Positions 16,477 to 27,757 of a stretch of 64,000 nt of DNA are shown one piece after another. The number at the start of each line of letters is the position of its first letter. Position 1 is the first letter of the stretch. Where the stretch lies: positions 5,885-69,884 of the forward strand of contig CAZZHG010000010.1 in the NCBI GenBank assembly GCA_964653655.1, read 5' to 3'. The notes under the pieces are model-generated. The model searched no databases and had not been told where the DNA came from. It saw nothing but the letters and a program-made list of their open reading frames with translations. The DNA comes from an uncultured Pseudobdellovibrionaceae bacterium. Its GTDB lineage: Bacteria; Bdellovibrionota; FAC87; UBA2466. The translations under genes and the position numbers were made by a program.

Positions 16477-18381
16477 TTACTTCTCTTCGCGGAACTCGGC
16501 TTCGATGGGCTCGTCGCCTTTGTCCGACTTGCCTTCTCCGCCGGGAGCCCCTTGGCCGCCCGCTCCACCGCCGCCGGCCGCGGAGGCCGACTTGTAGAGC
16601 TCTTCAGCGAGCTTGTGGGACAAAGCGGAGAGCTTGTCGTAGTTGGACTTCAGCGTATCGAAGTCCTCGCCTTCGACCGCCTTCTTCGCGTCGGCCATCG
16701 CCGCCTCGATCTCCGTCTTCAAGGGAGCGGGCACCTTCGCCTCGTTCTCCTTGATGAGCTTCGCCGTGGAGTAGACGAGGTTATCGAGGTTGTTCTTCAG
16801 GGTGATGCGCTCGCGCTTCTTCTTGTCCTCTTCCGCGTGGCTTTCGGCGTCGTTGATCATGCGCTTGATCTCGTCTTCTTTCAGACCGCTGGAGGCGGTG
16901 ATCTTCACCGACTGCTCCTTACCGGTCGCAAGATCCTTCGCGCCGACGTGAACGATACCGTTCGCGTCGATGTCGAAAGTCACTTCGATCTGGGGAAGAC
17001 CGCGGGGCGACGGGGGCAGTCCGGCCAGCTGGAACCGGGCAAGCGTCCGGTTGTCGTAGGCCATCTCGCGCTCGCCTTGGAGCACGTGGATTTCCACCGT
17101 CGACTGATTGTCTTCCGCCGTCGAGAAGATCTGGCTCTTCTTCGTCGGGATCGTCGTGTTGCGCTCAATCAACTTCGTGAACACGTGGCCCAGGGTTTCG
17201 ATACCGAGGGACAGAGGCGTCACGTCGAGAAGGAGCAAGTCTTTCACCTGGCCGCTGAGCACTCCGCCCTGAATGGCGGCGCCGACGGCGACCACTTCGT
17301 CCGGATTAACGGACTTGTTCGGCTCCTTGCCGAAGAACTCTTTTACCTTCGCCTGAATCTTCGGGATGCGGGTCGAACCGCCGACGAGAACGACCTCGTC
17401 GATTTGGCTCGCCTGAAGACCGGAGTCCTTCAAGGCTTTGCGGCAAGGCTCGATGGAGCGCTCGATGAGGTCATCGACGAGCTGTTCGAACTTGCTGCGC
17501 GAAAGCTTGATCTGAAGATGCTTGGGACCGGAAACGTCCGCCGTGATGAACGGCAGGTTGATTTCGGTCTCCATCGCGGAGGAAAGCTCGATTTTGGCCT
17601 TTTCCGCCGCCTCTTTCAGGCGCTGGAGGGCCATCTTGTCCTTCCCGAGGTCGATGCCCTGGTCCTTTTTGAACTCGGCAACGAGCCATTCGATGATTCT
17701 GTGATCGAAGTCGTCACCGCCGAGGTGCGTGTCGCCGTTGGTCGCCTTCACTTCGACGACGTTGTCGCCGACGTCGAGAATCGAGATGTCGAAGGTACCG
17801 CCGCCGAAATCGTATACGGCGATCTTCTCGTCTTTCTTCTTGTCCAAGCCGTACGCGAGGGCCGCGGCGGTCGGCTCGTTGATGATGCGCTTTACATCGA
17901 GGCCCGCGATACGTCCGGCGTCTTTAGTCGCCTGGCGCTGGGCATCGTTGAAGTAGGCGGGGACGGTTATGACCGCTTCGGTCACCGGCTGTCCGAGATA
18001 GTCTTCCGCGCACTTTTTCAGCTTCGCGAGCACGTGGGACGAAATTTCGGGTGGAGCGTACTTCTTGCCCTTGATGTCGATGGCGGCGTCCCCGTTGTCG
18101 GCGCGGACGACCTTATAAGGGACCATCTTCATTTCGTTGCCGACTTCGTCGAACTTGCGGCCGACGAAGCGCTTGGCCGAATAAACCGTGTTTTCGGGGT
18201 TGGTGATGGCTTGGCGCTTGGCCACCTGGCCGACCAGCCGCTCCTCATCCTTCGTAAAAGCCACGACGGACGGGGTTGTGCGCCCGCCTTCCTCGTTAGG
18301 AATCACCTGGGTGTCGTTGCCGTCCATGACCGCCACGCACGAGTTGGTGGTTCCCAAGTCGATACCGATAATTTTTCCCAT
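16477..18381 (-). CDS. dnaK: Chaperone DnaK (Hsp70)
   Basis: 634 aa: [23 protein letters not shown]-terminal EEK... tail. Unmistakable Hsp70. Confidence 0.97.
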   Translation of the reverse strand: MGKIIGIDLGTTNSCVAVMDGNDTQVIPNEEGGRTTPSVVAFTKDEERLVGQVAKRQAITNPENTVYSAKRFVGRKFDEVGNEMKMVPYKVVRADNGDAAIDIKGKKYAPPEISSHVLAKLKKCAEDYLGQPVTEAVITVPAYFNDAQRQATKDAGRIAGLDVKRIINEPTAAALAYGLDKKKDEKIAVYDFGGGTFDISILDVGDNVVEVKATNGDTHLGGDDFDHRIIEWLVAEFKKDQGIDLGKDKMALQRLKEAAEKAKIELSSAMETEINLPFITADVSGPKHLQIKLSRSKFEQLVDDLIERSIEPCRKALKDSGLQASQIDEVVLVGGSTRIPKIQAKVKEFFGKEPNKSVNPDEVVAVGAAIQGGVLSGQVKDLLLLDVTPLSLGIETLGHVFTKLIERNTTIPTKKSQIFSTAEDNQSTVEIHVLQGEREMAYDNRTLARFQLAGLPPSPRGLPQIEVTFDIDANGIVHVGAKDLATGKEQSVKITASSGLKEDEIKRMINDAESHAEEDKKKRERITLKNNLDNLVYSTAKLIKENEAKVPAPLKTEIEAAMADAKKAVEGEDFDTLKSNYDKLSALSHKLAEELYKSASAAGGGGAGGQGAPGGEGKSDKGDEPIEAEFREEK

Positions 18382-18616
18382 TGTTCACTCCTTCACTTTA
18401 GCCGGCGGCGCCCCCGGGCCGCTCGCCGAAAGTCTATAAATCTAAATAGTTACCAGCTCACTCGGGAACCGGCTTTCTTCGCTCGGGGGTAGTATGGGAA
18501 CCGCTTGTTCGAAGTCAACCGACGGAAACCCATCCTGAATTCCCTCTTGTGGTCTTGACCCGAAAAAGAGTATTCCCATGCTTCTCTCGCAAAAAGAAAC
18601 GGCAGAGGCCGAAACG

Positions 18617-18919
18617 ATGCCCATATACGAATACGAGTGCGAAAAGTGCCAGGAGGCCTTTGAAATTTCTCAGAAGATTTCGGAGCCACCGCTTACCGAG
18701 TGCCCTACTTGCGGCAGTCCGGTGCGCAAGCTGGTCTCCCGGTCAAGCTTCCAGCTGAAGGGCGGAGGCTGGTACAAGACGGATTACAAGAAACCGGGAT
18801 CGAGCTCGGGCGGTTCCTCGGGTGGAACGAAGTCGGAGACGGCCTCAGCCACCCCGGCACCGGAAAAGCCGAAGCCCAAGGGCGGATGCGGAAGCGGGGG
18901 ATGTGGCCATAGTCACTAG
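18617..18919 (+). CDS. FmdB-family zinc-ribbon protein with Gly/Ser-rich linker and Cys/His C-terminal tail
   Basis: ORF 18578..18919 trimmed to ATG at 18617 (MPIYEYECEKCQEAFE...CPTCGSPVRKL, classic FmdB CxxC...CPxCG). C-terminus GGCGSGGCGHSH. Confidence 0.7.
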   Translation: MPIYEYECEKCQEAFEISQKISEPPLTECPTCGSPVRKLVSRSSFQLKGGGWYKTDYKKPGSSSGGSSGGTKSETASATPAPEKPKPKGGCGSGGCGHSH

Positions 18920-19032
18920 CCCGCCTTGACTTTCCCGGGGGTGTGACCAGAATACTGTGCGGTTTGAATTAACTTAGATTTTTTTGCCAACAAAATTGGG
19001 ACGTTGAGTCCCGAGACTTTAGGAGGAAGACC

Positions 19033-19326
19033 ATGAACATTCGTCCTTTGCACGATCGTTTGATCGTGAAGCGGTTCGAAGAAGAAGAACGTACCAAGGG
19101 TGGGATCATCATCCCCGACAACGCGAAGGAAAAGCCCCAGCAGGGCGAAGTCATCGCGGTCGGTAACGGCAAAGTGCTGGAAGACGGCAAGAAGCAGCCC
19201 CTCGAAGTAAAGAAGGGCGACCGGGTTTTGTTCGGTAAGTACTCCGGCTCCGAGATCAAGATCGACGGAACCGAGTACCTGATGATGCGCGAAGAGGACA
19301 TCCTCGGCGTCATTGAAAAGGCTTAA
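19033..19326 (+). CDS. groES: Co-chaperonin GroES
   Basis: 97 aa ([14 protein letters not shown]...GGIIIPD...). AGGAGG RBS 8 nt upstream. Confidence 0.95.
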   Translation: MNIRPLHDRLIVKRFEEEERTKGGIIIPDNAKEKPQQGEVIAVGNGKVLEDGKKQPLEVKKGDRVLFGKYSGSEIKIDGTEYLMMREEDILGVIEKA

Positions 19327-21018
<1,692 letters not shown>

Positions 21019-21053
21019 GCCGACGCGCCATCTTACCTCTAGGTAAGTTCAAA

Positions 21054-21091
21054 GGGCGGGTCCCGGGAAACCGGGCCCGCCCTTTTTTATT
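21054..21091 (+). terminator. Rho-independent terminator after groEL
   Basis: GGGCGGGTCCCGGG-AAA-CCGGGCCCGCCC hairpin followed by TTTTTTATT, 36 nt after the groEL stop. Confidence 0.75.
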
Positions 21092-21149
21092 CGTGCGGAG
21101 TAGCGCGGTGGTGAACTATCCTCGGAACGCGGCCGCAAGGGAGGGCATC

Positions 21150-21794
21150 ATGAGCGAACTGATCCTATGGACCTACGACTGGGTGCCCGAGGGGCCTCGC
21201 GGTTTCGTACGCGATCTACGGCTAAGGTGGGCATGCGAAGAAGCGGAGCTGCCTTATAGAGTGCAAACGGTTCCGTTCGACGGACGGGAAACCAATCACC
21301 TATCGCGCCAGCCCTTCGGACAAGTTCCTTACTTAAGCGACGGCAAGGTGAACGTGTTCGAAAGCGGAGCGGGGCTTCTGCATCTCGCGCGAAAGAGTGA
21401 AAAGCTGATGCCGCGCGATCCGGCGGGAGAAGCGGAGACGCTGCAATGGACGATTGCCGCGCTCAACTCGATCGAAATGGTTTCCGTTCCGTGGTGGTTC
21501 CTTGAAGTAACTGGCGCGAAGGACAATGGTCTTACCAAGTGGATGGGCAATCGCCTCGAGCAGCTGGAGAAGGTTTTGAGCGAACGAGAGTGGCTCGCCG
21601 CCGACCGCTTTACCGTCGCGGACTTGTTGATGGCGGACGTCCTGCGCGTTCGCAAAGTTCGGGCTTTCGGCGACCGGCCGGCGACCGAGTCTTACGTGAC
21701 CCGGGTCACGGACCGCCCCTCGTTCAAGAAGGCTCACGCCGACCAGCTGTCGCATTTTGCGGAAGCCGACCGCAAAAGAACGGCCAAGGCCTAA
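21150..21794 (+). CDS. Glutathione S-transferase family protein
   Basis: ORF 20853..21794 trimmed to ATG at 21150 (MSELILWTYDWVPEGPRGF...), with an AAGGGAGGG RBS. The ORF part upstream of this ATG overlaps groEL and is discarded. GST N- and C-terminal domain pattern. Confidence 0.75.
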   Translation: MSELILWTYDWVPEGPRGFVRDLRLRWACEEAELPYRVQTVPFDGRETNHLSRQPFGQVPYLSDGKVNVFESGAGLLHLARKSEKLMPRDPAGEAETLQWTIAALNSIEMVSVPWWFLEVTGAKDNGLTKWMGNRLEQLEKVLSEREWLAADRFTVADLLMADVLRVRKVRAFGDRPATESYVTRVTDRPSFKKAHADQLSHFAEADRKRTAKA

Positions 21795-21824
21795 GCCCAT
21801 TTCGCCGCGGCCGACTGGGTGTTC

Positions 21825-22322
21825 TTAGTTTGTGCGCGAGAGCGCGACGATGGAAATGATGAGACTCGACACGGCGGAGATGAGGCCCACGAAGAAGCTG
21901 ATCTCCTGGTAGCTCTTTCTCCAGTTGAACGGAATGCTGACGATGTCGCCGTCTTGAAGCTTCGGGATTTCGCGGCCGTCCGCAATGACGTCCTCGAGAT
22001 CGATTTCAATGAGCTCGGCCACCTTGCGGCGGCGGATGTTGATGCCGTTCAGCTTCGTCTCATCGCTATACCCACCGGCGTAGAGAATGCCGAAAAGAAG
22101 GTCCGTGCCTTCCGGCATGTAGTGCACGCCCTGATGCGGGATGGCGCCGAAAATCAGAATCCGCATTAGAACTTTGCCGTATCCCTTGCCATGAATGAAT
22201 CCCACGTCCCCTTGGGGACCCGAGAATTTATCGTCGATGGATTCCGCATGCAGAACGGGAGTCTGAAGAGCGAAAACCGCGATGATGAGCAGACTTACGA
22301 AGCGTTTGATTAGTTGGGGCAT
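21825..22322 (-). CDS. Small secreted/membrane protein with SLBB-like (soluble ligand-binding beta-grasp) polysaccharide-export-type domain
   Basis: 165 aa. N-terminal signal (LLIIAVFALQTPVLHA), a DGDIVSIP motif reminiscent of Wza/SLBB domains, hydrophobic C-terminal segment. Family assignment tentative. Confidence 0.45.
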   Translation of the reverse strand: MPQLIKRFVSLLIIAVFALQTPVLHAESIDDKFSGPQGDVGFIHGKGYGKVLMRILIFGAIPHQGVHYMPEGTDLLFGILYAGGYSDETKLNGINIRRRKVAELIEIDLEDVIADGREIPKLQDGDIVSIPFNWRKSYQEISFFVGLISAVSSLIISIVALSRTN

Positions 22323-22364
22323 AGGAGAGAAGAAGGGTTCCCTCCATTATACCCGGCTCCGGAC

Positions 22365-23879
22365 TTAGAGCGGCTTCCAATTTTCGAGCAGGTTCGTCAT
22401 GAGACGGACCATCACGCCGGTGGCGAACTTCTTCGAGAGATAGCTCACGTCCGAACGCCCCCAAGCGGATCCAGCGATGTCGCAGTGCACCCAAGGCAGC
22501 TTGGGATCGACGAAATGCTTGAGGAAGATGCCGCCCTTGCTGGACCCGGCGTCGCGCATGCCGCTGTTCTTGATGTCGGCGTAGAAGCTCTTCAGATCCT
22601 CTTCGTACTCGTCGTAAAGCGGAAGCTCCCACACACGCTCGCCGGTCGCGTTGGAGGCGTCCTTCATCCGCTGGATGAGGCCCGCGTGATTTCCCATGAT
22701 GCCGGAGGTGACCCCGCCGAGAGCGACGGTCACTGCGCCGGTAAGGGTCGCGAAATCGATGAGGGCCTGGGGCTTTTCCTTCTGCGCGTACTCGATGGTA
22801 TCGGCGAGCACGAGCCGTCCCTCGGCATCCGTATTCACGATTTCCACGGTCTTGCCCGTCATGCTGACGCGGATGTCGCCCGGCTTTTGCGCGCGCCCGC
22901 CCGGCATGTTCTCCGCGGCGGCGATGTAGCCCGTGACGTTCAGGGGAAGTTCCAAGGCGGCGACCGCCTGCATGATTCCGACGACGGCGCCCGCGCCCAT
23001 CATGTCGTATTTCATCTCTTCCATCTTGGCGGCGGGCTTGATCGAGATGCCGCCGCTGTCGAAGGTGATGCCTTTACCGACGAGCGCGATGGGCCGGTCG
23101 CCCTTCTTGCCGCCCTTGTACTCGAGCACGATGAGCTTCGGTTCCTCGCTCGATCCTTGAGCGACACCGACGAAAAGTCCCATCTTTTCCTTCTGCATCT
23201 CCTTCATGCCGAGAGCACGGAAGGCGATGCCGTGCTCTTTCGCCATCTTCTGCGCGAGCTCGGCGAGAATCGTCGGAGTCAGATAGTTACCGGGACGGTC
23301 GCCGAGAGAGCGCGTGAAGTTCACCGCTTGGGCGAGAATGAGTCCCCGTTCGAGCGCTTTCTTCGCCGACGAGCTCTTGAGGCCCGTGACTTCGAGTCCG
23401 GCCGGATGAAAGGCTTCCGGCTCGGTCTTTTTCAAATCCTTGTACTCGTAGGAGCTGAGCCAATAACCTTCGGCCAGCGCCTGAAGGTAGGGGCCGACTT
23501 GGGCTTCCTGAACGGCGGAAAAAACCGCGTCGCCCCGGAGAGTGACCTTGGAAAGCTTTTCTCTCTTCTGCAGCTGGAAAATTGCTCCACCCGCGCGGCG
23601 AAGCTCTTCTTCGCCGAGATCCTTCTTAGCGCCGAGGCCGAGAAGAATCGTATTGTCGAATCCGCCGAACGAATAGTATCGCAGCAGGTTCGCTTCCCGG
23701 GATTTGCCGGCGAAGTGCTTGCTCTGGGTGAGCTTCTTTTCGAGCGCCTCGATGTCCGTGGCCTTGTCGCCGGCGAACTCGGGCTTCGTGCTCTTTTCCC
23801 CGGTGCCCTTGAACCAACTAAGTACTACGGCGTCCGATTTACCGTTACCCGACGCCAATTCAACTTTCGGAAGAGTCAC
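22365..23879 (-). CDS. pepA: Leucyl aminopeptidase (M17)
   Basis: 504 aa with VGKGITFDSGG, NTDAEGRL and the M17 metal-ligand pattern. Confidence 0.9.
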   Translation of the reverse strand: MTLPKVELASGNGKSDAVVLSWFKGTGEKSTKPEFAGDKATDIEALEKKLTQSKHFAGKSREANLLRYYSFGGFDNTILLGLGAKKDLGEEELRRAGGAIFQLQKREKLSKVTLRGDAVFSAVQEAQVGPYLQALAEGYWLSSYEYKDLKKTEPEAFHPAGLEVTGLKSSSAKKALERGLILAQAVNFTRSLGDRPGNYLTPTILAELAQKMAKEHGIAFRALGMKEMQKEKMGLFVGVAQGSSEEPKLIVLEYKGGKKGDRPIALVGKGITFDSGGISIKPAAKMEEMKYDMMGAGAVVGIMQAVAALELPLNVTGYIAAAENMPGGRAQKPGDIRVSMTGKTVEIVNTDAEGRLVLADTIEYAQKEKPQALIDFATLTGAVTVALGGVTSGIMGNHAGLIQRMKDASNATGERVWELPLYDEYEEDLKSFYADIKNSGMRDAGSSKGGIFLKHFVDPKLPWVHCDIAGSAWGRSDVSYLSKKFATGVMVRLMTNLLENWKPL

Positions 23880-24018
23880 TAGAGAAGGCCTCCTGAACGA
23901 AAACGTGAGGTCTCTATGTAATAGAAAAAGCTCGTTTTTGTCCAGAAGCTACCGGTGGGTGGCGGACGTTGCGTGGGGCTTCGCGGGGAAATGGCTTTCC
24001 GCGGTCCCGGACTCGGCC

Positions 24019-24543
24019 TTAGTTGGATTTGGGCAGAAACAGCAGCGAGTGGCCGAAGGGCGACGGCGAGTACGAGCCGCCCTTGATGGAGTCGGCGAAG
24101 TACTTGGCCTCGGCCTGGCTATTGAAAGTCAGCTGATTGAGAAAAGGCTGTTGGGAAATCTTCCACTGGACCACGAAGCCCGCCGGGCGATCGTTGAAAG
24201 CGAGGTACTCCACATCGCCGGTATCGAGCAGATTGCGGCCGCGGTGAAGCCCGAGCTCATCGGCGAAACGCACGGCATCGCCGAGGCTCGCATAGACGGC
24301 GGAATCGAAACGGGCGGTATCGTCTTTCCAGGCCAGGACGTACTTGGTGCCGACCTTCATCAGGTAAGCCATCTCCGCCCGCGACTGGGACCGGGTCCAG
24401 AGCATTCCCACCAGCGCCGCCTCGAGCAGGGCCAAAAGGCCAATCACCCAAAGGCGGGTCTTTCCTTCAAACCTAATCCGGCGTCCGTACTTCAACATAC
24501 CTTGGTACGAAGCAATGCCAATGCCACCCAATCCAATAATCAA
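24019..24543 (-). CDS. Hypothetical membrane protein
   Basis: 174-aa ORF with two hydrophobic segments near the N-terminus (IIGLGGIGIASY, LWVIGLLALLEAALVGMLW). It is called over the overlapping plus-strand ORF 23704..24564 because that ORF would overlap pepA. Confidence 0.4.
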   Translation of the reverse strand: MIIGLGGIGIASYQGMLKYGRRIRFEGKTRLWVIGLLALLEAALVGMLWTRSQSRAEMAYLMKVGTKYVLAWKDDTARFDSAVYASLGDAVRFADELGLHRGRNLLDTGDVEYLAFNDRPAGFVVQWKISQQPFLNQLTFNSQAEAKYFADSIKGGSYSPSPFGHSLLFLPKSN

Positions 24544-24846
24544 CCATTTGAAAATATTGATTAATGATCCTGTCTAGAGAAGCAAAAAGCGGGATCTGCT
24601 AGACACTTCCAGCCGGATTCTTACAGGCTTGAACCAAACGGGACCGGTTCCTGGAGCCGGTCCCAAAAAGGGAGACCCCCCCAAGCTCTAACACGTTGAA
24701 TTATTTGTGCTTCGGAACAACCCGGATCCGGTTCCAAAATGGGTATCAAAACCCCGCCAAAAAGCCCCTGAGACTAGTCTCTAAACAAACGCCAAAAAAT
24801 GACTTAACTAATTGAAATAACTTATATTACATCTCAGTGTGCACAG

Positions 24847-24863
24847 CTGGCATACACCCTGCA
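24847..24863 (+). promoter_or_regulatory. Candidate sigma-54 (-24/-12) promoter CTGGCATACACCCTGCA
   Basis: Matches the TGGCAC-N5-TTGCA consensus at 12 of 13 defined positions with exact GG-N10-GC spacing. Lies in a 550-bp non-coding region about 240 nt upstream of the 25100 gene. A sigma-54 enhancer-binding protein is encoded elsewhere in the window. Confidence 0.35.
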
Positions 24864-25099
24864 ATAGGGCCGCACGTAGCGCCGGCAAGTTGCAGCGAGC
24901 TAGCAGAAGTTGAACCCGGCGTGAGCAAAAGAAGATTGAGTTGAGGCGAAGAGGAAACGGGAATCGACCAAATCACCCATTTCCATTCAACCCCCCAAAA
25001 CCTGTTGCCGACGGTTTGGTGGTTCTTGTCCTCTCGCCTCAACTTTCTTCTTTCCCCCTCCAAGCCCACTCCAAGTAAAATAAGCCCATCAAGAGTCCA

Positions 25100-26029
25100 G
25101 TGAAAAGGTCCCTCTCCTGGTTCGCCTTCGCGGGCATATGTGTGTGCTTCATCGGAATGAAGCACTTGGCCGAACGCGAGCTGGCGAGTCTCGACGAGCG
25201 CGCCCCCAGCCTGTACGAGCAGGCTGCGCGCTTTCACGCCGATTCCTTGCGCCGCTACAGTCTGGGTTTTGATTTCGTCATGGCGGATCTTCTCTGGCTC
25301 CGCCTTCTGGACAAGGCACGGACCAAGGAAGTGGAACCGGGAAAAGTCAGCTGGGAGTTCGCCCAGCTCGACGCCATCACGAGCCTCGATCGAAATTTCG
25401 CGAGAGCCTATCCCTTCGGCGGCGCGTTTCTATCCGTCTTTCTGCGCGACAACGTCGGCGCGAAATTGATTTTGGAAAAGTGGGTTCGCAATTTCCCGTC
25501 CAACTGGCGGGCCCACTACACGCTCGGCTACCACCTCTATTTCGAGATGGGGCAGTTCAAGCCCGCCTCCGGTCACATTCTGACCGCCGCGGAGATGACC
25601 GGCGCGCCGCCGTGGCTTCCTTCGCTCGGCATCCGCCTGCTGAGTGAAACGGGAAGCCTCGCCCAAGCGCTCCGCATGGCGATCGGCCTCGTGCCGGCCC
25701 TGAAAGACGAGGAAGGAAAGTTGCGTCTCATGGTCCGGATCCGAAGCCTCGTCTACTCGCTGCAAAAGGCGAGCTGGGAAGCGGCGCTGGACGGATTCCG
25801 CAAGGAGCACAAATCGGAACCTTCGAATATGGGCGACATTCAGCCGCACTTCGTCAGCCAGACCCGCGAGATCGCCTCCGTTCTCGGCGACACGGACATG
25901 CCCGACGAGGTCCGGCCCTTGTTTGCCGAAGTGCACTCGTTTCGATACGATTCCGCTGAAAAGAAAATCGTGCCGGTCAAACTCGACCCCACATTGGAAC
26001 GATCCGGCATTTATCGCCCGAAAAGCTGA
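25100..26029 (+). CDS. Hypothetical exported/membrane-anchored protein (first gene of the ABC-pilD operon; PilG-like by position only)
   Basis: 309 aa. N-terminal hydrophobic segment (LSWFAFAGICVCFIGM), helical repeat-like body. Stop is 11 nt before the ABC ATPase start. Confidence 0.5.
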   Translation: MKRSLSWFAFAGICVCFIGMKHLAERELASLDERAPSLYEQAARFHADSLRRYSLGFDFVMADLLWLRLLDKARTKEVEPGKVSWEFAQLDAITSLDRNFARAYPFGGAFLSVFLRDNVGAKLILEKWVRNFPSNWRAHYTLGYHLYFEMGQFKPASGHILTAAEMTGAPPWLPSLGIRLLSETGSLAQALRMAIGLVPALKDEEGKLRLMVRIRSLVYSLQKASWEAALDGFRKEHKSEPSNMGDIQPHFVSQTREIASVLGDTDMPDEVRPLFAEVHSFRYDSAEKKIVPVKLDPTLERSGIYRPKS

Positions 26030-26039
26030 GACGAAAACC

Positions 26040-26993
26040 ATGAGTGAAACGGACGTAATTTCTCTTACCGACGTCACCAAGGTATTCCGCCTGGGCATTC
26101 GCAAGAAGAAGACCGCCGTTCAGGATTTGACCCTTTCCATTCCAAAAGGGCGCGTCGTCGGGCTCCTCGGTCCCAACGGTTCCGGAAAATCCACGACGCT
26201 GAAGATGCTGATGGGCTTTCTCAAGCCCACGAGCGGACAGATTCTCATCTGCGGCATTCCGTCGACGGAACGGGCCGCGCGCGCGATGCTCGGTTATCTC
26301 CCCGAAAATCCGCGTTTCCAGAAATTCTTGCGCGGCCGGGAAGTGCTCTTCTATTACGGAAAGCTTCTTGGACTCGAGACTCAGCTGCTGATCCGCCGGA
26401 CCGAGGAGCTGCTGGAACTGGTCGGCCTCAAGCACGCGGGCGACGAGCGCGTTCAAGGATATAGCAAAGGCATGACCCAGCGGCTCGCCATCGCGCAGGC
26501 GCTTCTCAACAAGCCGCACATTCTGGTTTTCGACGAGCCGATGAGCGGTCTCGATCCCCTGGGCCGCTTCGAAATCCGCCAGCTCATTCAGCGCGTGCAC
26601 ACGGAAATGCCGGAAGCGACGATTCTCTTCAGCACTCACATCCTTCAGGACATCGAGATGCTCTGCTCCGACGTCGCGCTGCTAAGAAAAGGCCGGCTCG
26701 CGAGCTACACGCCCATCGAGGATCTTCTCATTCACAACGAGGAGCGATTCGACCTCATCGTGCGGGATCCGGGACCGACGGTGTCCGAGCGCCTCAAGAA
26801 GGCTCACGTCACCGAGACACGGCCGATCGGGCTAATCGTCACCATCGACGGCACGGAAAATTTCATGCGCGAGCTCGAGGAAATGCACAAGCAGGGGATC
26901 ACCGTCGTCGGAGTGAACTCCCACCGCCGCACCCTCGAGGAAGCCCTATTCGCCGAAGCCCCCCTCACCCCGAGCCCGGAGGCCACCGCGTGA
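26040..26993 (+). CDS. ABC transporter ATP-binding protein (ABC-2 type)
   Basis: ORF 25923..26993 trimmed to ATG at 26040 (MSETDVISLTDVTKVF...). Walker A GPNGSGKST, signature YSKGMTQRLAIAQAL, Walker B ILVFDEP. Confidence 0.9.
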   Translation: MSETDVISLTDVTKVFRLGIRKKKTAVQDLTLSIPKGRVVGLLGPNGSGKSTTLKMLMGFLKPTSGQILICGIPSTERAARAMLGYLPENPRFQKFLRGREVLFYYGKLLGLETQLLIRRTEELLELVGLKHAGDERVQGYSKGMTQRLAIAQALLNKPHILVFDEPMSGLDPLGRFEIRQLIQRVHTEMPEATILFSTHILQDIEMLCSDVALLRKGRLASYTPIEDLLIHNEERFDLIVRDPGPTVSERLKKAHVTETRPIGLIVTIDGTENFMRELEEMHKQGITVVGVNSHRRTLEEALFAEAPLTPSPEATA

Positions 26994-27757
26994 TTTCCGC
27001 CATGCTTCGAATCGCCTGGGTCACCATCCGCGAGCTGCTCTACGAAAAGGTTTTCTATCTGCTCGTCTCCTTCGCTCTCGCGGCAATGGCGCTCAGCGTG
27101 CTGCTAAGTCAGCTGAGCTACGCCGAACAATCGAAGATGCTGCTCGACTTCATGCTGGGCGGCACCCAGATCGCGATGACGCTGTTTTCGGTGTTCATGG
27201 GAATCAGCCTCTTTCACCGGGAGCTCACCGTCGGCTCCATCTACATGGTGCTTTCGAAACCGGTTTCGCGCTGGGTATTTCTCGTCGGCAAGTTCGTCGG
27301 CCAAGTCACCGTTCAAGCGGGTGTCGTCGCCCTCATGGGAGTGGTGGCCTGGATGACCTGCGCCCGCTTCGAGGGCAACTTCTCGGCCCTCGCCCTGTGG
27401 CAGGCCATGGGAATGATCGTGATCGAGTCCGCGGTACTTTCGGCCGTCACCTATCTTCTCGCCGTGAACGCGGGGGCCATTACGGCGGCCATCGTGACCC
27501 TCTGCATATTCGCCGTCGGCCATATGCGCGACCGCGTGAATGAGAACATCGGTGACTCTTTCGCCACCCACGTCTGGACGTTCACGAAAGCGCTGGTTCC
27601 GGATCTCGAGATTTTCAACCTGAAGAGCATGGCATCCTACGGAATGACGATCAGCGCGAAGGAGTTTTCCCTCGCCGTCGGGTATGGAGCCGTCTGCGTC
27701 GGCTTCTATTTGCTAGCCGCCGTGGTCTGCTTCAACAATAAAGACATCGCTCCGTGA
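26990..27757 (+). CDS. ABC-2 family transporter permease
   Basis: 255 aa with 6 predicted hydrophobic helices. ATGA-type 4-nt overlap with the ATPase gene. Confidence 0.8.
   Translation: MISAMLRIAWVTIRELLYEKVFYLLVSFALAAMALSVLLSQLSYAEQSKMLLDFMLGGTQIAMTLFSVFMGISLFHRELTVGSIYMVLSKPVSRWVFLVGKFVGQVTVQAGVVALMGVVAWMTCARFEGNFSALALWQAMGMIVIESAVLSAVTYLLAVNAGAITAAIVTLCIFAVGHMRDRVNENIGDSFATHVWTFTKALVPDLEIFNLKSMASYGMTISAKEFSLAVGYGAVCVGFYLLAAVVCFNNKDIAP

Noticed and set aside
18382-19032. Looked for a CIRCE/HrcA operator and sigma-32 promoters upstream of dnaK and groES.
   Set aside because: No TTAGCACTC-N9-GAGTGCTAA-like inverted repeat and no CTTGAAA-N13-15-CCCCATnT match by eye. Only weak sigma-70-like hexamers, so no regulatory feature was called.
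23704-24564. Plus-strand 286-aa ORF overlapping the pepA 5' end and the 24019..24543 minus-strand gene.
   Set aside because: It overlaps pepA coding sequence by about 175 nt and has low-complexity composition. The minus-strand ORF has plausible TM helices and sits in a sensible operon position, though neither call is strong.
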